Part shown: one piece after another, positions 29,330-44,008 of the stretch
Layout: each line of letters opens with the position of its first letter
Position numbering within the stretch: the stretch's first letter is position 1
Notes under the pieces: generated by a model
The model's database searches: none
The model's input: only the letters and a program-made list of their open reading frames with translations
Told to the model about the DNA's origin: nothing
Made by a program: the position numbers and the translations under genes
Assembly: GCA_964016885.1 (NCBI GenBank)
Contig: OZ024750.1
Coordinates: 17,856,001-17,920,000 of the forward strand
Reading direction: 5' to 3'
Length of the DNA stretch: 64,000 nucleotides
Source: Eledone cirrhosa
Lineage: Eukaryota

Positions 29330-30235
29330 TTCATCAACAATCCCACAGATAACAACACCAACATCACCATTAACACTAACACCACCACCAACACTGCCAC
29401 CACCACCACCACCAGCATCACTATCAACACTGCCTTTACCACCACCAAGACCACCACTACTTCCAACAACAACACCAACACCAATATTAACACTAACACC
29501 ACCACCACCATCAACACTGCCACCACCACCACCACCACCAGCATCACTATCAACACTGCCACTACCACCACTACTTCCAACAACAACACCAACATCAGCA
29601 CTAACACCACCACCTACATCACCACTGCCACCACCACCACCAGCATCACTATCAACACTGCCACTACCACCACTACTTCCAACAACAACAACAACACCAA
29701 CACCAACACCAACACCACCACCACCATCAACACTGCCACCGCCACCACCAGCATTACTGTCAACACTGCCACTACCACCACTACTTCCAACAACAACACC
29801 AACACCAACATCAGCACTAACACCACCACCAACATCACCACTGCCACTGCCACCACCAGCATTACTATCAACACTGCCACTACCACCACTACTTCCAACA
29901 ACAACACCAACATCAACACTAACACCACCACCAACATCACCACTGCCACCGCCACCACCACCAGCATCACTATCAACACTGCCACTACCACCACTACTTC
30001 CAACAACAACAACAACAACACCAACATCAACACTAACAACATCATCAACACTGCCACCACCACCAGCATCACTAATCAAAACTGCCACCACCACCATCAC
30101 TATCAACACTGCCACTACCACCAAGACCACCGCTACTTACAACAACAACAACAACAACACCAATAACAACGACAACAAAAACAACAACAACATCACCATC
30201 AACACTAACACCACCACCACCAACAACAACACCTT
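29330..30235. repeat. Triplet-structured CCA/ACA-rich minisatellite (~100-120 bp unit)
   Basis: Recurrent ccagcatcactatcaacactgccactaccaccactacttccaacaacaacacc; produces Pro/Thr and Gly/Val ORFs on both strands. Confidence 0.85.
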
Positions 30236-30859
30236 CAAAATGGTGGTCAAATAAGTGGTTTATGGATAAAAGAGTTGTGTTTGACATTTCCATACATACA
30301 CACACACACATACATTAATAACTTTATTAATGATATGCTATGACGTCAGAGGAATTATACAAATTCAAGTATGTGTGTGTATGTGTGTGCATGAAGGCTA
30401 GGGTTATACATACACATATACACATATATATACACATACACATTTCAGATTATAGCAACATACATCATCATCATCATCATCATCATTCTTGTTTTTTCTA
30501 CACTGGCATGGATAACACTATTCATTACTACCAAACCAAATCAATACTTAATCAGAGTTAGTCCCCTAACTAGGTCAAGAAACTATGTATTGCTTAGTAT
30601 ATTCCATTTTTGCCATGGTTTCTACAACTGTACAGCTGGATGCCCTTCCTAATATGAACCCCTATACAGAGTATACTATATGTATTTTATCACACCAGCA
30701 CTAGAGAGATTGTCAAGTCCTTGATGTGAATGATGAGGTCTTTTGACCCTGCATATATAAGACTAAAACACCAACATTAAAACATTCAAGAAACCTTCTA
30801 TGAAATGCAACCTCATAAGATACCAGCTAAAGCTATGAAGGTATAAGCTTCAATAATAA

Positions 30860-31275
30860 AACAGGACATCAGCTAAACATAAACATGTGTAATATGTTAA
30901 TTAACACCTAAACCTACAGGTGTGAGCTGTAGCAATAACATAGGACATTAGCTAAACATATATAGTTGTGAGCTGTAGAAATAATAGGACATTAGCTAAA
31001 CCTACACAGGTGTTAGCTGTAGGAATAATAGGACATTAGCTAAACCTACACAGGTGTTAGCTGTAGGAATAAGAGGACATTAGCTAAACCTACACAGGTG
31101 TGATATGTAAAAATAATAGGACATTAGCTAAACCTACAAAGGTGTTAGGTGTAGGAATAACATAGGACACCATTTAAACCTACACAGGTGTGATATGTAG
31201 AAATAATAGGACATTAGCTAAACCTACACAGGTCTTAGGTGTAGGAATAATAGGACATTAGCTAAACCTACACTA
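30860..31275. repeat. Minisatellite, ~44 bp unit
   Basis: ggacattagctaaacctacacaggtgttagctgtaggaataata. Confidence 0.9.
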
Positions 31276-33435
31276 CAATAATAACAGCAACAAAACATTA
31301 AAACCAGGTCTGAAATCTAAAGATATTCAATGTTAGAGTCATTATAGAAAGGTCATTGTTACTGCCCTTCCTCTTCTGACTAAACCAAAGAGAAAGTAAG
31401 AAAACAACCCCAAGAAACAACAAAGAACTGCTCCAAACAAACAGTAGTAAGTTGATCTGCTACTTCAAGAGAGATTAGCAAGTCAGATGAGTTACATACA
31501 ACATTTCTATTTGATTTGTCTGATATTACTTCTCATTGACATTTTTGATGTTAAGTCTACAACTATTTCATTATAGAAAACCAGAATATCTACTTAAATA
31601 TGATAATCACATTTGATGGAGTTTGGTAAGGTTTTTAACTCTTTAGATGGTCAGTGGGAGATGGTGGATCAATGGTCTGTACTGCATCACAGAAGCTGCA
31701 TTGCATCTGGGGCTCCTGTAGACAGCATTTTATACACTGAGGCCCTCTTCAATGCCAACAGTTTTAGTTTCCTTTTAAGACCCTCAAGGATATGGGGTAC
31801 CTTGACTAAAAACTGATGAAAATTCCTGTCTGAGGCACAAGCTCAGGCAATGTATTTTATGGCAGAATAGCAGTCACCCATGGATGCCAGTCCCCACTAA
31901 CTATGCCACTCATGTTGTCCAAGGGAGTGACAAAGGTCAATACAGTTTGGCACCAGTGACATCACAACTCATTTTTTTTTCAGTTGGGTGAACTGAAACA
32001 TTATGAAATAAAGTGCTTTGCTCTCAAGGGCACAATGTGCTACTTAGTCCGGGTATCAAACTTACAACCTCACAATTGTCAGCCCAACATTCTCATCATT
32101 AAACCATATTAAAAACTGAGAAACATACAAAACTACACATTCTTTCTCTTATTCTTTTACTGGTTTCTATCATTAGACTACAGCCATGCAGGGGCAGCAC
32201 TTATAGGAATGTAATCGAGCATATCAACTGCAATACATTTTTTCCCTTTAAGTCTGATAGTTATTTGTTTTTTCAAGCTTGGTAGTTATTTTATCAATCT
32301 TTGTTTTTGTTTAACTGCTAAGTCATTGGACAATTTGTTATAATTATTTTTATGTTACATTTGTCATAAAATTGGTAGTGAGATTGAAACATAACTTTGC
32401 CTTTCATCCTTATGGGGTCGATAAAATAAAGTACCAGTAATACACTGGATTAATTGCTGGCATTGTGCCAAACATAGAAACAGTTATTTAGTTTACATTA
32501 ACCATTAGCATGCTGATTTTTTTAATGAATTGCTTCCCTTGACACTGCATTATGTATTAAGGGGGAAATACTCTATTGGCGATACAAGATGCCTAGAGCG
32601 TGCTGAAGATTAATTTTCTTTGGAAGTCTCCAGTACAAAACAAAAAAGTCTCCAGTGTTTTTTTACCAGAGCATGCTCCCCACACCCCACGTTCTCATCA
32701 ATCAATACCAATAATATACTAAGGCAGATATATGTAACTTTATGTAGATGTATGAAGCCAATATTGTAATTACTGAAGGATGAAGAAAGATCTTTAGTGG
32801 CAGGAGCGGAGGTGTGAACAAGTTCCATTAAAAAAACAAATGAAGTGGAATGTAAATATTGCCACACCTCTGTTAATGAACAAAAGGTGGGATGTGATTA
32901 AAACAATGTTGTTGTAGTTGTTATTGCTGTTGATATTGTAGCTGGAGATCAACATTGATAGAACAGACATATAGTCAAGGGCTGGGAGAGGGTTAGGGAG
33001 ATTATGTTCAAGAGAGAGAGAGAGAGAGAAATAGTATAATCATGTAAGAGATGGTATGACTAAAAGAAAATGTAAATGTGTGTGAGCAGCCAATAGCAAC
33101 TTCTTTTTCCATCTAATGGTTTTCACCCTTTTTTATAACATCTCCACACATGAGCACACCATTCTTTATATATATATATGTATGTGTATGTGTGTGTGTG
33201 TCTGTGTGTGTTCATTTTATTAAGGCAAAATAGTGAGTCTTGTTACTCTGGAGTTTCACCTGTTTATCACAGGGGCATCAGAGAAGATGACCCTGTTATA
33301 TTTAAACTCTCAGTCATCAATCACATACAGACTCTCCGGAGCAAGTTGTGACACATGGCCAACCCTGGCATGGACGGCTCATCTAAGCCATGCAAGTGTG
33401 GAAAAATTGACGTTAAACAGAAATGATGATGATGA

Positions 33436-33478
<43 letters not shown>

Positions 33479-33666
33479 CAAAGAGATATTTAATTTGTTG
33501 GTTATTCAACAAATTTATTTATAACAATCTTTTTTCAGCCTTACGTTTCAACCTCATTTACATATTCATCCTAAAGATATGAAATTTTTCTTTCACTATC
33601 CAAACTGAACCTGAACCGATAAGGTCTGGTTTCTTGGGTATGTCAACATTTATAAAACAAATTATG

Positions 33667-33727
33667 TATTTTCTCTGATAAGAGCGTACCAAAATTTTGG
33701 TAACCTTGAAATATATATAATAAAATA
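33667..33727 (+). ncRNA. Degenerate hammerhead (core G8>A)
   Basis: tattttct CTGATAA gagcgtacca-aaatt-ttggtaacctt GAAA TATATA TA ataaaata; 3' tail aaataaatatggttttataaatatagtttccat shared with the 47445 copy. Confidence 0.6.
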
Positions 33728-34427
33728 AATATGGTTTTATAAATATAGTTTCCATCTATTAATATCATTGATATATATATATATATATTATGAATCATAT
33801 AGTTTTTGATGCATGAAGGTGAAAAAATTTTATATTTTGTTACTCTTCATTTTAGAGTGTCTTCTGTGAGGCAGTAACCTGCTTTGCTCTTGCAGACCAG
33901 AGTACATCTTTCACACAGAAAAGGTAGTGAGAGTAGATTACACAATATCTCCTTCTTTCTTTAAAATGGTAGAGTGTGATTTGAGAGAAATATGGCTGCT
34001 GATTCTAACAGACCTAGCAACCATATAAAGGTTCTTCCATTGGCTCAAAAACCCCAATCAAAGTTGATCTACATACCAAGGTTTAGATCCTAACAGATCA
34101 ATATATGAGATGTATTATCTAATTATATATAAGATGTATATATAAACGTTTGTGTTGCGCTGTTGTGGTTATATACATGTGTATATATACATATGTTTGT
34201 ATTGGGTGTATATATAATCAACAGTACTGACATTTTCAACTGGCTGTTGAAATCTCGATAACTTCTGAAGCAGTTTTAGACATTTACAAAGTAACTGAGA
34301 AGTGTTACTAATTATATCAACACTCCTAGTAATCATACAAGACCACAAAGAGAGAGAGAGATGAGATAGATACCTATACAAATATGTCTATATATATGTA
34401 TATATATCTAGTGATTGTGTGTCTGTG

Positions 34428-34460
<33 letters not shown>

Positions 34461-34693
34461 CACAACAAAAAAACAACAACACACAGTCCACGCTGTAATG
34501 TGGCCGTGTAGGTAACATGGTAAAAACCTCCCAGTCCACACTGTAAACGTGGTTGGTGTTAGGAAGGGCATCCAGCCATAGAAAACCCGCCAGACAGTCC
34601 TATACGAGCAAGACAACTAATCTTGCCTCACGTGAGACAATTCCCGTCTAAACCCGTGGTAGCGTGGAAGATAGACGTTAAAGGATGATGTTG

Positions 34694-34750
<57 letters not shown>

Positions 34751-34875
34751 TGTGTATAATGATAATAATATTATAGATGGGGTGTCAAATTTTCATTACA
34801 TTTATTGAGGTATGACATGTTTCAGACTCCTGTTAGTACAATGACGGAAAGATTCCCGTACAGCTTTAAAAAAAA

Positions 34876-34916
<41 letters not shown>

Positions 34917-35069
34917 AGAGTTAAACAAGATTCAATGAATACATCAAAGAATGAGTTTTACAATAGATTTGAAGCACTCTACAGTAAAAAAAAAAAGTGC
35001 AAATCCAGCTTTCCGAGTCGCCTGGATTTGCACTTTGTTTTTTTTTTATATATATTTAACAAACAATAA

Positions 35070-36240
35070 TAGCTGACAAATATTGGTCTATCTCTCCACT
35101 GAACTGGAGATAAAACTACTAACAATGATTATAATTATTATTCTTTATTAAATGTATACCGTTTCATTAATACCTATAATTATATCTATATATAGTTTGT
35201 ACAAATATCTTTATCTAGTGTAATAACATAATCGTAGTTACATTTATAAATAATTTAAACACTCAAATGACATTATTATAAGTGTTTGGTTTTCCCTGGA
35301 AGGTCAAACTTATATAATCATTTACTTAACACAATATATGAACAAATAATAAACTATAATCTTGGTATATTATGATCAATACATATATATAGTTGAAAAT
35401 TCTGACTTCTTTAAGTTTAATTTTAAGGCCTGTTGATAATTTAGGCACTCAAACTATTTAACAATAAATTCTTTAATAGTTATAACTATAAATATCTTAT
35501 AAATTATATTATAGAAATTGTTGTCAATATTATAAGTAATTTTGGTAAAGATTACCTTCGTGGGGATATCGAACATTATATGTATATTTTCTTTCTTTCT
35601 CGGGTTTCATAAATCTTTTAAATTTGTTTTCATAAAATTTGAATTTTAGAAATTTAACATAATTATATTATAATATTAATACAAATACCTATTAACTTTT
35701 AAAACCTAAAATTTGTTTCTTTACCCTGAAATAACATAAATTAAATATTTTGAAAATTAACTGCCAACTATATTATATATGAATCTGTGTGTGTAGAAAC
35801 TTGAGCATAAATTACTCCCCTTTGTCCCTCTCTCTCTTTAATAATCTTTCATCTGTCTTCTCAAGCCACATACTAAATATGTCATCACATCAGCTGTTTC
35901 TTCCTCCATGTTTTCCTTTCCCTCCTCTTTCTCTAGTAGTTTTTAAATATTAAAAATTCTATAACTGTTATATTGATGCCATGTATTTCTTAAAATATAT
36001 TACTCACACTCTCTATATTGTTTGTATTATGTTTTCTCATGTTCTCAATATTAGGGTATAAATATTGAGTTTTGTCATAAGTTAATCACTACATTGATTA
36101 AATCTTAACCATCTACCATGTCAGGGTATGTCATGTATCATTTTATTTTATCTGATGAGGACGTACTGTTGAACTTAATTCAGTACCTCTGAAATATATA
36201 TAATAAAATATAATTGATCACAAGAATATCTATTTTGTTA
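35070..36240 (+). pseudogene. Possible heavily decayed 3' end of a Penelope-like element (linker/GIY-YIG region, 3' UTR, hammerhead)
   Basis: Scattered frameshifted peptides in the expected order: TNIG, NII, SLEGQ (cf. CPLxGxC), FRH, NYI..*KL (cf. YIWKL), NLCV*KLE (cf. CNLCxxEK); followed by a pyrimidine-rich stretch and an intact hammerhead. Spacing is imperfect. Confidence 0.35.
36144..36210 (+). ncRNA. Minimal type-I hammerhead ribozyme, intact core
   Basis: tattttat CTGATGA ggacgtactg-ttgaacttaatt-cagtacctct GAAA T-ATAT-A TA ataaaata; 8-bp stem I, AUA triplet. Confidence 0.85.
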
Positions 36241-36250
36241 ATATTTGGAA

Positions 36251-36281
<31 letters not shown>

Positions 36282-36282
36282 T

Positions 36283-36567
36283 CTCAGACCGGGTGATGTG
36301 CTGTGTACTTGAGCAAGACACTTTATTTCACATTGCTCCAGTTTACTCAGCTGTAGAAATGAGATGATAGGGACTGGGGTCTCTATCATTCCACTGCAAA
36401 GTGATCGTGGAGGTGCCACGGCAAAAAAAGCACCCAGCACTCACTGTAAATGAGGTTGGTGTTAGGAAGGGCATCCAGCTGTAGAAATCAAGCCAGAATC
36501 AGTTCCTGTGCCACCCTTGCAAGCAGGGAAAAAGCGGACGTAAAATGAAATGATGATGATGATGATG

Positions 36568-36570
<3 letters not shown>
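36283..36570 (+). mobile_element. SINE family B, 5'-truncated
   Basis: Close inverted match to 27441-27757. Confidence 0.9.
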
Positions 36571-36628
<58 letters not shown>

Positions 36629-37943
36629 TCATTATATATATACACACACATTTAATCTAAGCAACTTGTTGAGTGAATAGGCTTTGATGATGAAATCTAA
36701 TAAGATTGAAACATGCCCATTACTTTCATCCAGTTAACTTATAGATAAGATTCACTCACACTACTTTGTCTAAAAATGTTGCGTAAGATTTGTATCAGCT
36801 CACATAATAAGAGTTCTTTCCCTTGTTTGCTTCTCATTATCGGGGCAACCCACTAAAATGTAGTTTCTGTCATGAATTGTGAAGAAAATCTGAATTGATT
36901 GAAGTTTTTGCCCCACTCATCACATTCATACTATGAGATTCTGTTTGTGTGTACCTATGTATGTATGTATGTATGTATGTATGTATGTATGTATGTATGT
37001 ATATATTTCTTATAAATTATAACACCACCTCCAACTCACAACATCAACACAGAAAAAATATTTCAAATAAATATTAAACGTGTGACCGGGTGGTTAAGAC
37101 ATTTGCTTTGCAACCACATGATTTGGGGTTCAGGCTGACAATTGCTGTATGAATGAGATTAGGTAGATAGAAACTATGCAGAAGCCCATAATGTGTGTGT
37201 GCGCGCGTGCGTGCATGTGTATTTAGATCTATTGGTGTTGTTTGTTTGTAACAGTGCATTTCAATGAATAAAGTAACCAACTTGAGTTCAATACAATCAA
37301 TTATGCCTTTCAAAGCATTGCTCCAGCATGGCCACAGTCGAATGGGATGATAAAAGAATAAAGATGAAATAGAGCAAGCATAATACAATTATGTAAACTG
37401 CCCAGACAACTGTCTTGATATAGTTGATAGCTTCTGTTACCATGGTGATTTAATTAGTGTGAATAATTGTTTCATGAAAGCCAAGGTCAACTTAGCCTTT
37501 CATCTTCAATAAAATAAATACCAGTGAAGTTTGAGGGTCAATTGATTCAATTGTCCCCAACACAACCCTCAATACTATAGAGAATGGACATTCTTCTGCA
37601 ACATATGTAGAACAGGTTGACAAATATTCACATTTGTAAATTCTAGAACGTCAGATAGAATGCTTTATGGTATTCGTTCCGGTTCTCTGCTCTCTGAGTT
37701 CAAATCCCGCCGAGGTCAACTTTGCCTTTCATCCTTTCGAGGTCAATAACAAAAGTACCAGTCTAGTACTGGGTTCGATTTTTCCTCTATATCTCTTTCT
37801 CATTTCCTCTCTCTCACTTTCAGAGTTGTCAGGACGGTCAGAAGGCTCACAATGGAACAGGCAATCCTAACAAAAACATAATTTTTTGTCCATTCCCTTG
37901 CTTCTAGGACTGAATACAGAAATGTAACCTTATACTCAATGTT

Positions 37944-38016
37944 GCTGTCTGATGATATCACGAGAATGGTTAAATAATCAGGTGCCCATGATCATCATTG
38001 AAATATGTATCACAGC
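37944..38016 (+). ncRNA. Hammerhead motif, intact core with weak stem II base
   Basis: gctgt CTGATGA tatc...catt GAAA T-ATGT-A TC acagc, then aataaagg; perfect 5-bp stem I, AUC triplet, U.U at the first stem II pair. Confidence 0.7.
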
Positions 38017-38062
38017 TTTATTAATAAAGGTCTAACGAACATCAAACAATCAATAATCGAAA

Positions 38063-38102
<40 letters not shown>

Positions 38103-38322
38103 TCTACTTTTAGCACAAGGCCAGCAATTACCCCAGTGCATTACTGGTGCATTATTTTATCAACTCCCTAAGGATGAAAGGCAAAGTTAACCTCAACGAG
38201 ATTTGAACTCAGATTGTAAAGGGCCATAACTCTGCTGCAAAGCATTTTGTTCGATGATCTACTGATTTTGCCAATCCACCGCCCTTATATATATATATAT
38301 ATACACATATATATATACATAC

Positions 38323-38383
<61 letters not shown>

Positions 38384-38650
38384 AGAGGTAAAATTCCAAC
38401 AGCAAGCCCAGCTGTTTCAACTGGAGTTCCACAAATATTTTAAGGGCATGATTGCTTCTATGACTTCCCTATTGTTTGGTCAATTAGTATACAAATAAGG
38501 TGTCAGGTTCAGGTGGTAGGGATATGGAGCTGAAGATGAAACAGCTGGGCTTGATGTTGGGATTCTACCTCTCCACTACACCAACCCTGCAGCTCATCAC
38601 GTACTGATTACTACAATGATTTGTGGTCTTCCTGGTCCTCGCACCATTGA
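38384..38650 (+). mobile_element. Fold-back element (inverted arms 38384-38419 / 38537-38572) with hammerhead 3' half
   Basis: Arms agree on GAA-ACAGC-tgggctt-GCTGT-T; tail gtactgattacta..gatttgtggtcttcc resembles the 47957-47990 tail. Confidence 0.65.
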
Positions 38651-38686
38651 TACGCACATGCACGTACACAAACACGTATATACACT

Positions 38687-38718
<32 letters not shown>

Positions 38719-40119
38719 AACTTCATTTCCTGAAATCCTGACCGACATGATAATAAATAACAAGGAAATACAAGAAAATAAATATAGAATACATTAAACT
38801 AGATTTAAGTCCTGAATATATTTTAACACAGAAAACATGATACATCCACACATATATACAACTATACATACATAGACATAGATATATACATATCCATATA
38901 TACATAAACACACACACACAGACACACATATCATCATCATCATCATCAATGTTTAACGTCCGTGTTCCACGCTTGCATGGGTTTGGACGGGGGTATTCCC
39001 ACTTGAGGCAAGAGTGATTGTCTTGCTCGCATAGGACTGTCTGGCAGGTTTTCTACAGTTGGATATATATATAGTTATACTTTGGGAGGGTCATGTTGCC
39101 AATAAAAAACACACGCATCTGTTGGTTTTCACTTCAGTTTATTATAAATTTCTGGTTGCGTGTTTTTATTGGCCCCAATAGTACAGCACATCACCAGTCA
39201 ACTCAGTCCTATGTTATCTCCTTCATAAGGTTTACCCTTCTGAGTTTAGACTTTACCACATCATCCCAAGTTTTCCTTGGTCTATTTCTTCCACAGATTC
39301 CACTAAGAGTATTTTGTACTTCTACATGCAGCTGTCATCCTCTATTCACATCACAACATGCCTATACCAGTATATTGCACCTAATTCATATTATGCCCAG
39401 CTTTTCTCATAGTTCACTAACACTGTATTTGAGGGACAATAGCCACACACACAGAGAAACCATCTGTTTCAAATGGATTACTGTGTATTTGAGAGACAGT
39501 AGCCTCACACAGTGATACTCTTTCTTTCAAATGGAATGTTGTTTATTTGAGAGATAATGGCCACACAGTGTTGCCATCTCTCTGGGGGACAATAGCCTCA
39601 CTCAATGATACCATCTCTTTCAAATAGAATGTTGTGTATTTTATAGACAATAGCCCCATACAGTGGTACCATCTCTTTTAAAATAAAATCTATTAAATTC
39701 AAAAATAATTTATATCATTACTAATAAATTATAATATTCCAAAATGTTATTGTCATTATTCAAGTACTATGATAATGAGTCTAGTAGTCAACAAAACTGT
39801 GAAACAGAAAAAAAATAATAGATAATTAGTTAATTAAATAATTAATAATTTTTATAATGTAAGCAATGCTAACCTTAATTCTTAGGAATACATACACCAC
39901 AGTTACTAACTCCCACCAAAGCTGGCAAGTGGGGCATGTATACCCATACCTCTGTTACTTATCCTGACCAAACTAGGGGTGGAGATTAGATCTATTGCTT
40001 GTACTGTGACTGCAATATAAGATATACCAATGTTCTTCATGTTCGTCTTCAGTGTTTTTGTTGAAGAAAAGAGAACCGCAGTAAATTGTATTGTGCAAGG
40101 GATGTAACCTATGTTGATT

Positions 40120-40710
40120 ACATGTTAGATATATTGAGATTTATCAATGGACACAGCAGTAGAAATGTACAGCACTACATGATATGGTATATCAATGGAG
40201 ACAATAGTAGATGTGTAAATATACAACTCTACATATTAAGATTTATCAATGGAGGCAATAGTATATGTGTAGATAACACTACATATTGTGGCTTATCAAT
40301 ACAGACAATAGTATATGTGTAGATAACACTAAATATTGTGATTTATCAATGAAGACAATAGTATATGTGTAGATAAAACTACATATTGAGACTTATCAAT
40401 GGAAAGTAGTATATGTGTAGATAATACTACATATTGAGACTCATCAATGGAAAGTATGTGTAGATAAAACTACATATTGAGACTTATCAATGGAAAGTAG
40501 TATATGTGTAGATAATACTACATATTGAGACTCATCAATGGAAACTGGTATATGTGTAGATAATACTACATATTGTGGCTTATCAATACAGACATAGTAT
40601 ATGTGTAGATAACACTACATATTGAGACTTATGAATGGAGACAAAAGTATGTGTGTAGATAAGACTACATATTGTGGCTTATCAATGTAGAGTTGTATAT
40701 GTGTAGATGT
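40120..40710. repeat. Minisatellite, ~48-55 bp unit
   Basis: tcaatggagacaatagtatatgtgtagataacactacatattgagactta. Confidence 0.85.
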
Positions 40711-41376
40711 GCAACATTAAGTTTGGTGTCACAGGAATTGTTGATCTGATAAGGTGGTTTTTGTTTTGTTTTCCTTTCATATTTAAGATAAATAAAGGTT
40801 TCTTCTTGTTAATAAAGATAAATAAGAAAAAAGAAAGAGAAAAAGAAAGCTACAAGAAGATGAAGAAGATAGGAAGATAGCTATAAATCCAAGTGTTTAC
40901 ACTATTGTCTATGAGTGTTAGAGAACCAGAAAGATATTCTCTTTTAGTAATATTAACAAATTATATTGACTGTTAACAAAAAGTATTTGCATTATTGAAA
41001 ACACTTTTAAATACACAGAATCTTTTTCTAAAAAATCTGAAAATTCTTTCTAATTTCACCCCTACTCACTCTGTATAATGACTGGTCTTAGGAAGGGCTT
41101 TAGAAACCATGCCAAAAATGGAACATATGGAACATACTGATCAATCTAGGAGGACAGTAGCTCAGATTAAGTACTGACCTAGTTTGTACCAGTACATCCA
41201 ACCCATGCCAGCATGAAAAACAGACATAAAATGTTGTTGTTGCTGATGATGTGAAATAAATAATTCATGGGATAAGATCTTACAACAGGTTATTTTCCCA
41301 GCACCTATTTATTGCTATTTCAGACATAAGTAAATTATTATAGATGGAGACTCAATAAAACCTTTTCATGTTGGAG

Positions 41377-41685
41377 GTGCCTCAGTCACTGCAGAGGTCA
41401 CACTGTGCCTCAGTCACTGCAGTAGTCACACTGTGCCTCAGTCACTGCAGTAGTCACACTGTGCCTCACTCACTGCAGGATTCACACTGTGCCTGTCACT
41501 GCAGGGGTCACATTGTGCCTCAGTGACTGCAGGGGTCACATTGTGCCTCAGTCACTGCAGGGGTCACATTGTGCCTCAGTCACTGCAGGGGTCACACTGT
41601 GCCTCAGTCACTGCAGGGGTCACACTGTGCCTCAGTCACTGCAGGTGTCACACTGTGCCACAGTCACTATAGAGGTCACACTGTT
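41377..41685. repeat. Minisatellite, 28 bp unit, ~11 copies
   Basis: gtgcctcagtcactgcaggggtcacact. Confidence 0.9.
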
Positions 41686-41906
41686 ACTGATGTGAAGTTT
41701 TCTCATATTCATCAGAGTAGTCTTTTAACCTTCAGTGTGCTCCAAGCGCTTTATGTCGCCAATTGAGTAATCTCCTCTTAATACATAATACAGTGTCAGG
41801 GAAGTAATTCATAAAACAATTCAACATTCTAAAGGTTAAGCATGTTCTTGGCCAGGAGATTGCTAGCAAGTGACAAGAGACCATACAAATATATGCGAAT
41901 ATGTGG

Positions 41907-41947
<41 letters not shown>

Positions 41948-42741
41948 TAGTAAAACCTACTACAGCCAGTAGGCATCTCTAACAAAATACACCCCGTCCC
42001 ACCACCACCACCCCCACCCCGTTCTATGTAAAGTTATGTTGGTACCACAACATCCAGGCCGAAACAAATGAGATCGTGTAGGTGTCACGACAAAAAAAAC
42101 ACACAGTCCACGCTGTAATGTGGCCGTGTAGGCAACACGGTAAAAACCTCCCAGACCCACACTGTAAATGTGGTTGGTGTTAGGAAGGGCATCCAACTGT
42201 AGAAAACCTGCCAGACAGTCCTATGCGAGCAAGACAACCACTCTTGCCTCAAGTGGGACTACCCCCGTCCAAACCCATGCAAGCGTGGAACACGGACGTT
42301 AAACGTTGATGATGATGATGATGATGATGTGTGTATACAGATGTACAAAAGCTATAAATTATGATATATAAATAATGGAGAAATATTTCCAGAATTTTCC
42401 TCAAACAATAACAGAGAGAGAAGAACTGAGAAACAAAAATGCAAAAATATGGAGGAAAATAAACTATGTAAAGATAATGTCAAAACATTAAACACACACA
42501 CAAGGACACATACACAGGAGATCACACACACATAGCTCCCACACAGTTACATACACACACAGCCCCCCCCCCCCACACACACACACATAAACAGAAGGGG
42601 TAAATTGAATGTCTTATCTAATTAAACAGTTATTCTGAAGACAAAGTTAATTCTACTTCAGTTGTTCATTTAATGAGACTAGAAATAGTTCAGCTAACAT
42701 TTTCTGACATAATAATGTATTAGTATATATACACACATACA

Positions 42742-42781
<40 letters not shown>

Positions 42782-42828
42782 CATGAATATATATATATTC
42801 ATGTATGTGTATATATACTAATACATAG

Positions 42829-42867
<39 letters not shown>

Positions 42868-42906
42868 CATACATTTATGTGAGTATATATACTAATACAT
42901 AGATAC

Positions 42907-42948
<42 letters not shown>

Positions 42949-43143
42949 GTATGAGTATATATACTAATACATAGATACATATATATATATATATAGGTAT
43001 ATATATATATGCATATATATATATATACATACATGTATGTGTATATACACTAATACATAGATACATACCTATATATATATATAGAGATATATATATATAT
43101 ATAGGTATGTATCTATGTATTAGTATATATACTCATACATAAA

Positions 43144-43185
<42 letters not shown>

Positions 43186-43482
43186 TATGTATCTATGTAT
43201 TAGTATATATACTCATACATAAATATATGTATGTATGTATATATATATATAGGTATTTATCTATGTATTAGTATATACACACATACATGAATATATATAT
43301 ATTCATGTATGTGTATATATATATATATATATATTCATGTATGTGTGTATATATACTAATACATAGATACATACACCCATACATTAACTGGTTACCCTCA
43401 TAATGTGACAGCCCGTCAACCTATGCAAGCACTGTTGATTATTTCTACAGAGGTGTTGGGCATTTGAAAGAGCTAGTATCCT

Positions 43483-43852
43483 TCAAGGGAAGAAGGGTAC
43501 CAAGGGATGAGGGGCATCAAGGCAAGGGGTCACCAAGGTAAGGGCACCAAGGTAAGAAGGGCACCAAGGTAAGAAGGGCACCAAGGAAAGAAGGGCAGCA
43601 AGGTAAGAAGGGCACCAAGGAAAGAAGGACACCAAGGAAAGAAGGGGAACAAGGGAGTTAGGAGACAAAGGGATAAAGGGCACCAAGGGGAGAAGAGCAT
43701 GAAGGAGAGAAGGGCATCAAAGGAAGAAGAGCACCAAGTGATGAGGGGCATCAAAGCAAGAGGGGCACCAAGGCAAGAAGAGCACTCAGGAAAGGGGCAC
43801 TGAGGTAAGAAGGGCATCAAGGTAAGAGGGGGAACAAGGGAAGAAGGGCACT
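43483..43852. repeat. Degenerate purine-rich ~18-19 bp minisatellite
   Basis: aagaagggcaccaagg(t/a)a repeats. Confidence 0.8.
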
Positions 43853-44008
43853 ATTTTATTCAAATTAAATGTCCTGAATAAAGAATTTGTTAACAGGCTT
43901 TATATAAGAAAGGGGGCGGCATAATCTTTTAAGTGCTTAGGTACTTAAAAGATTATGGTGGACTTAACTTAATCTGGCCATGTGTATGACATAACCAACA
44001 TAAACTGA

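Noticed and set aside
29192-30254. 330-aa Pro/Thr mucin-like and 312-aa Gly/Val ORFs
   Set aside because: Triplet-rich minisatellite open on both strands; no convincing signal peptide, splice sites or domain.
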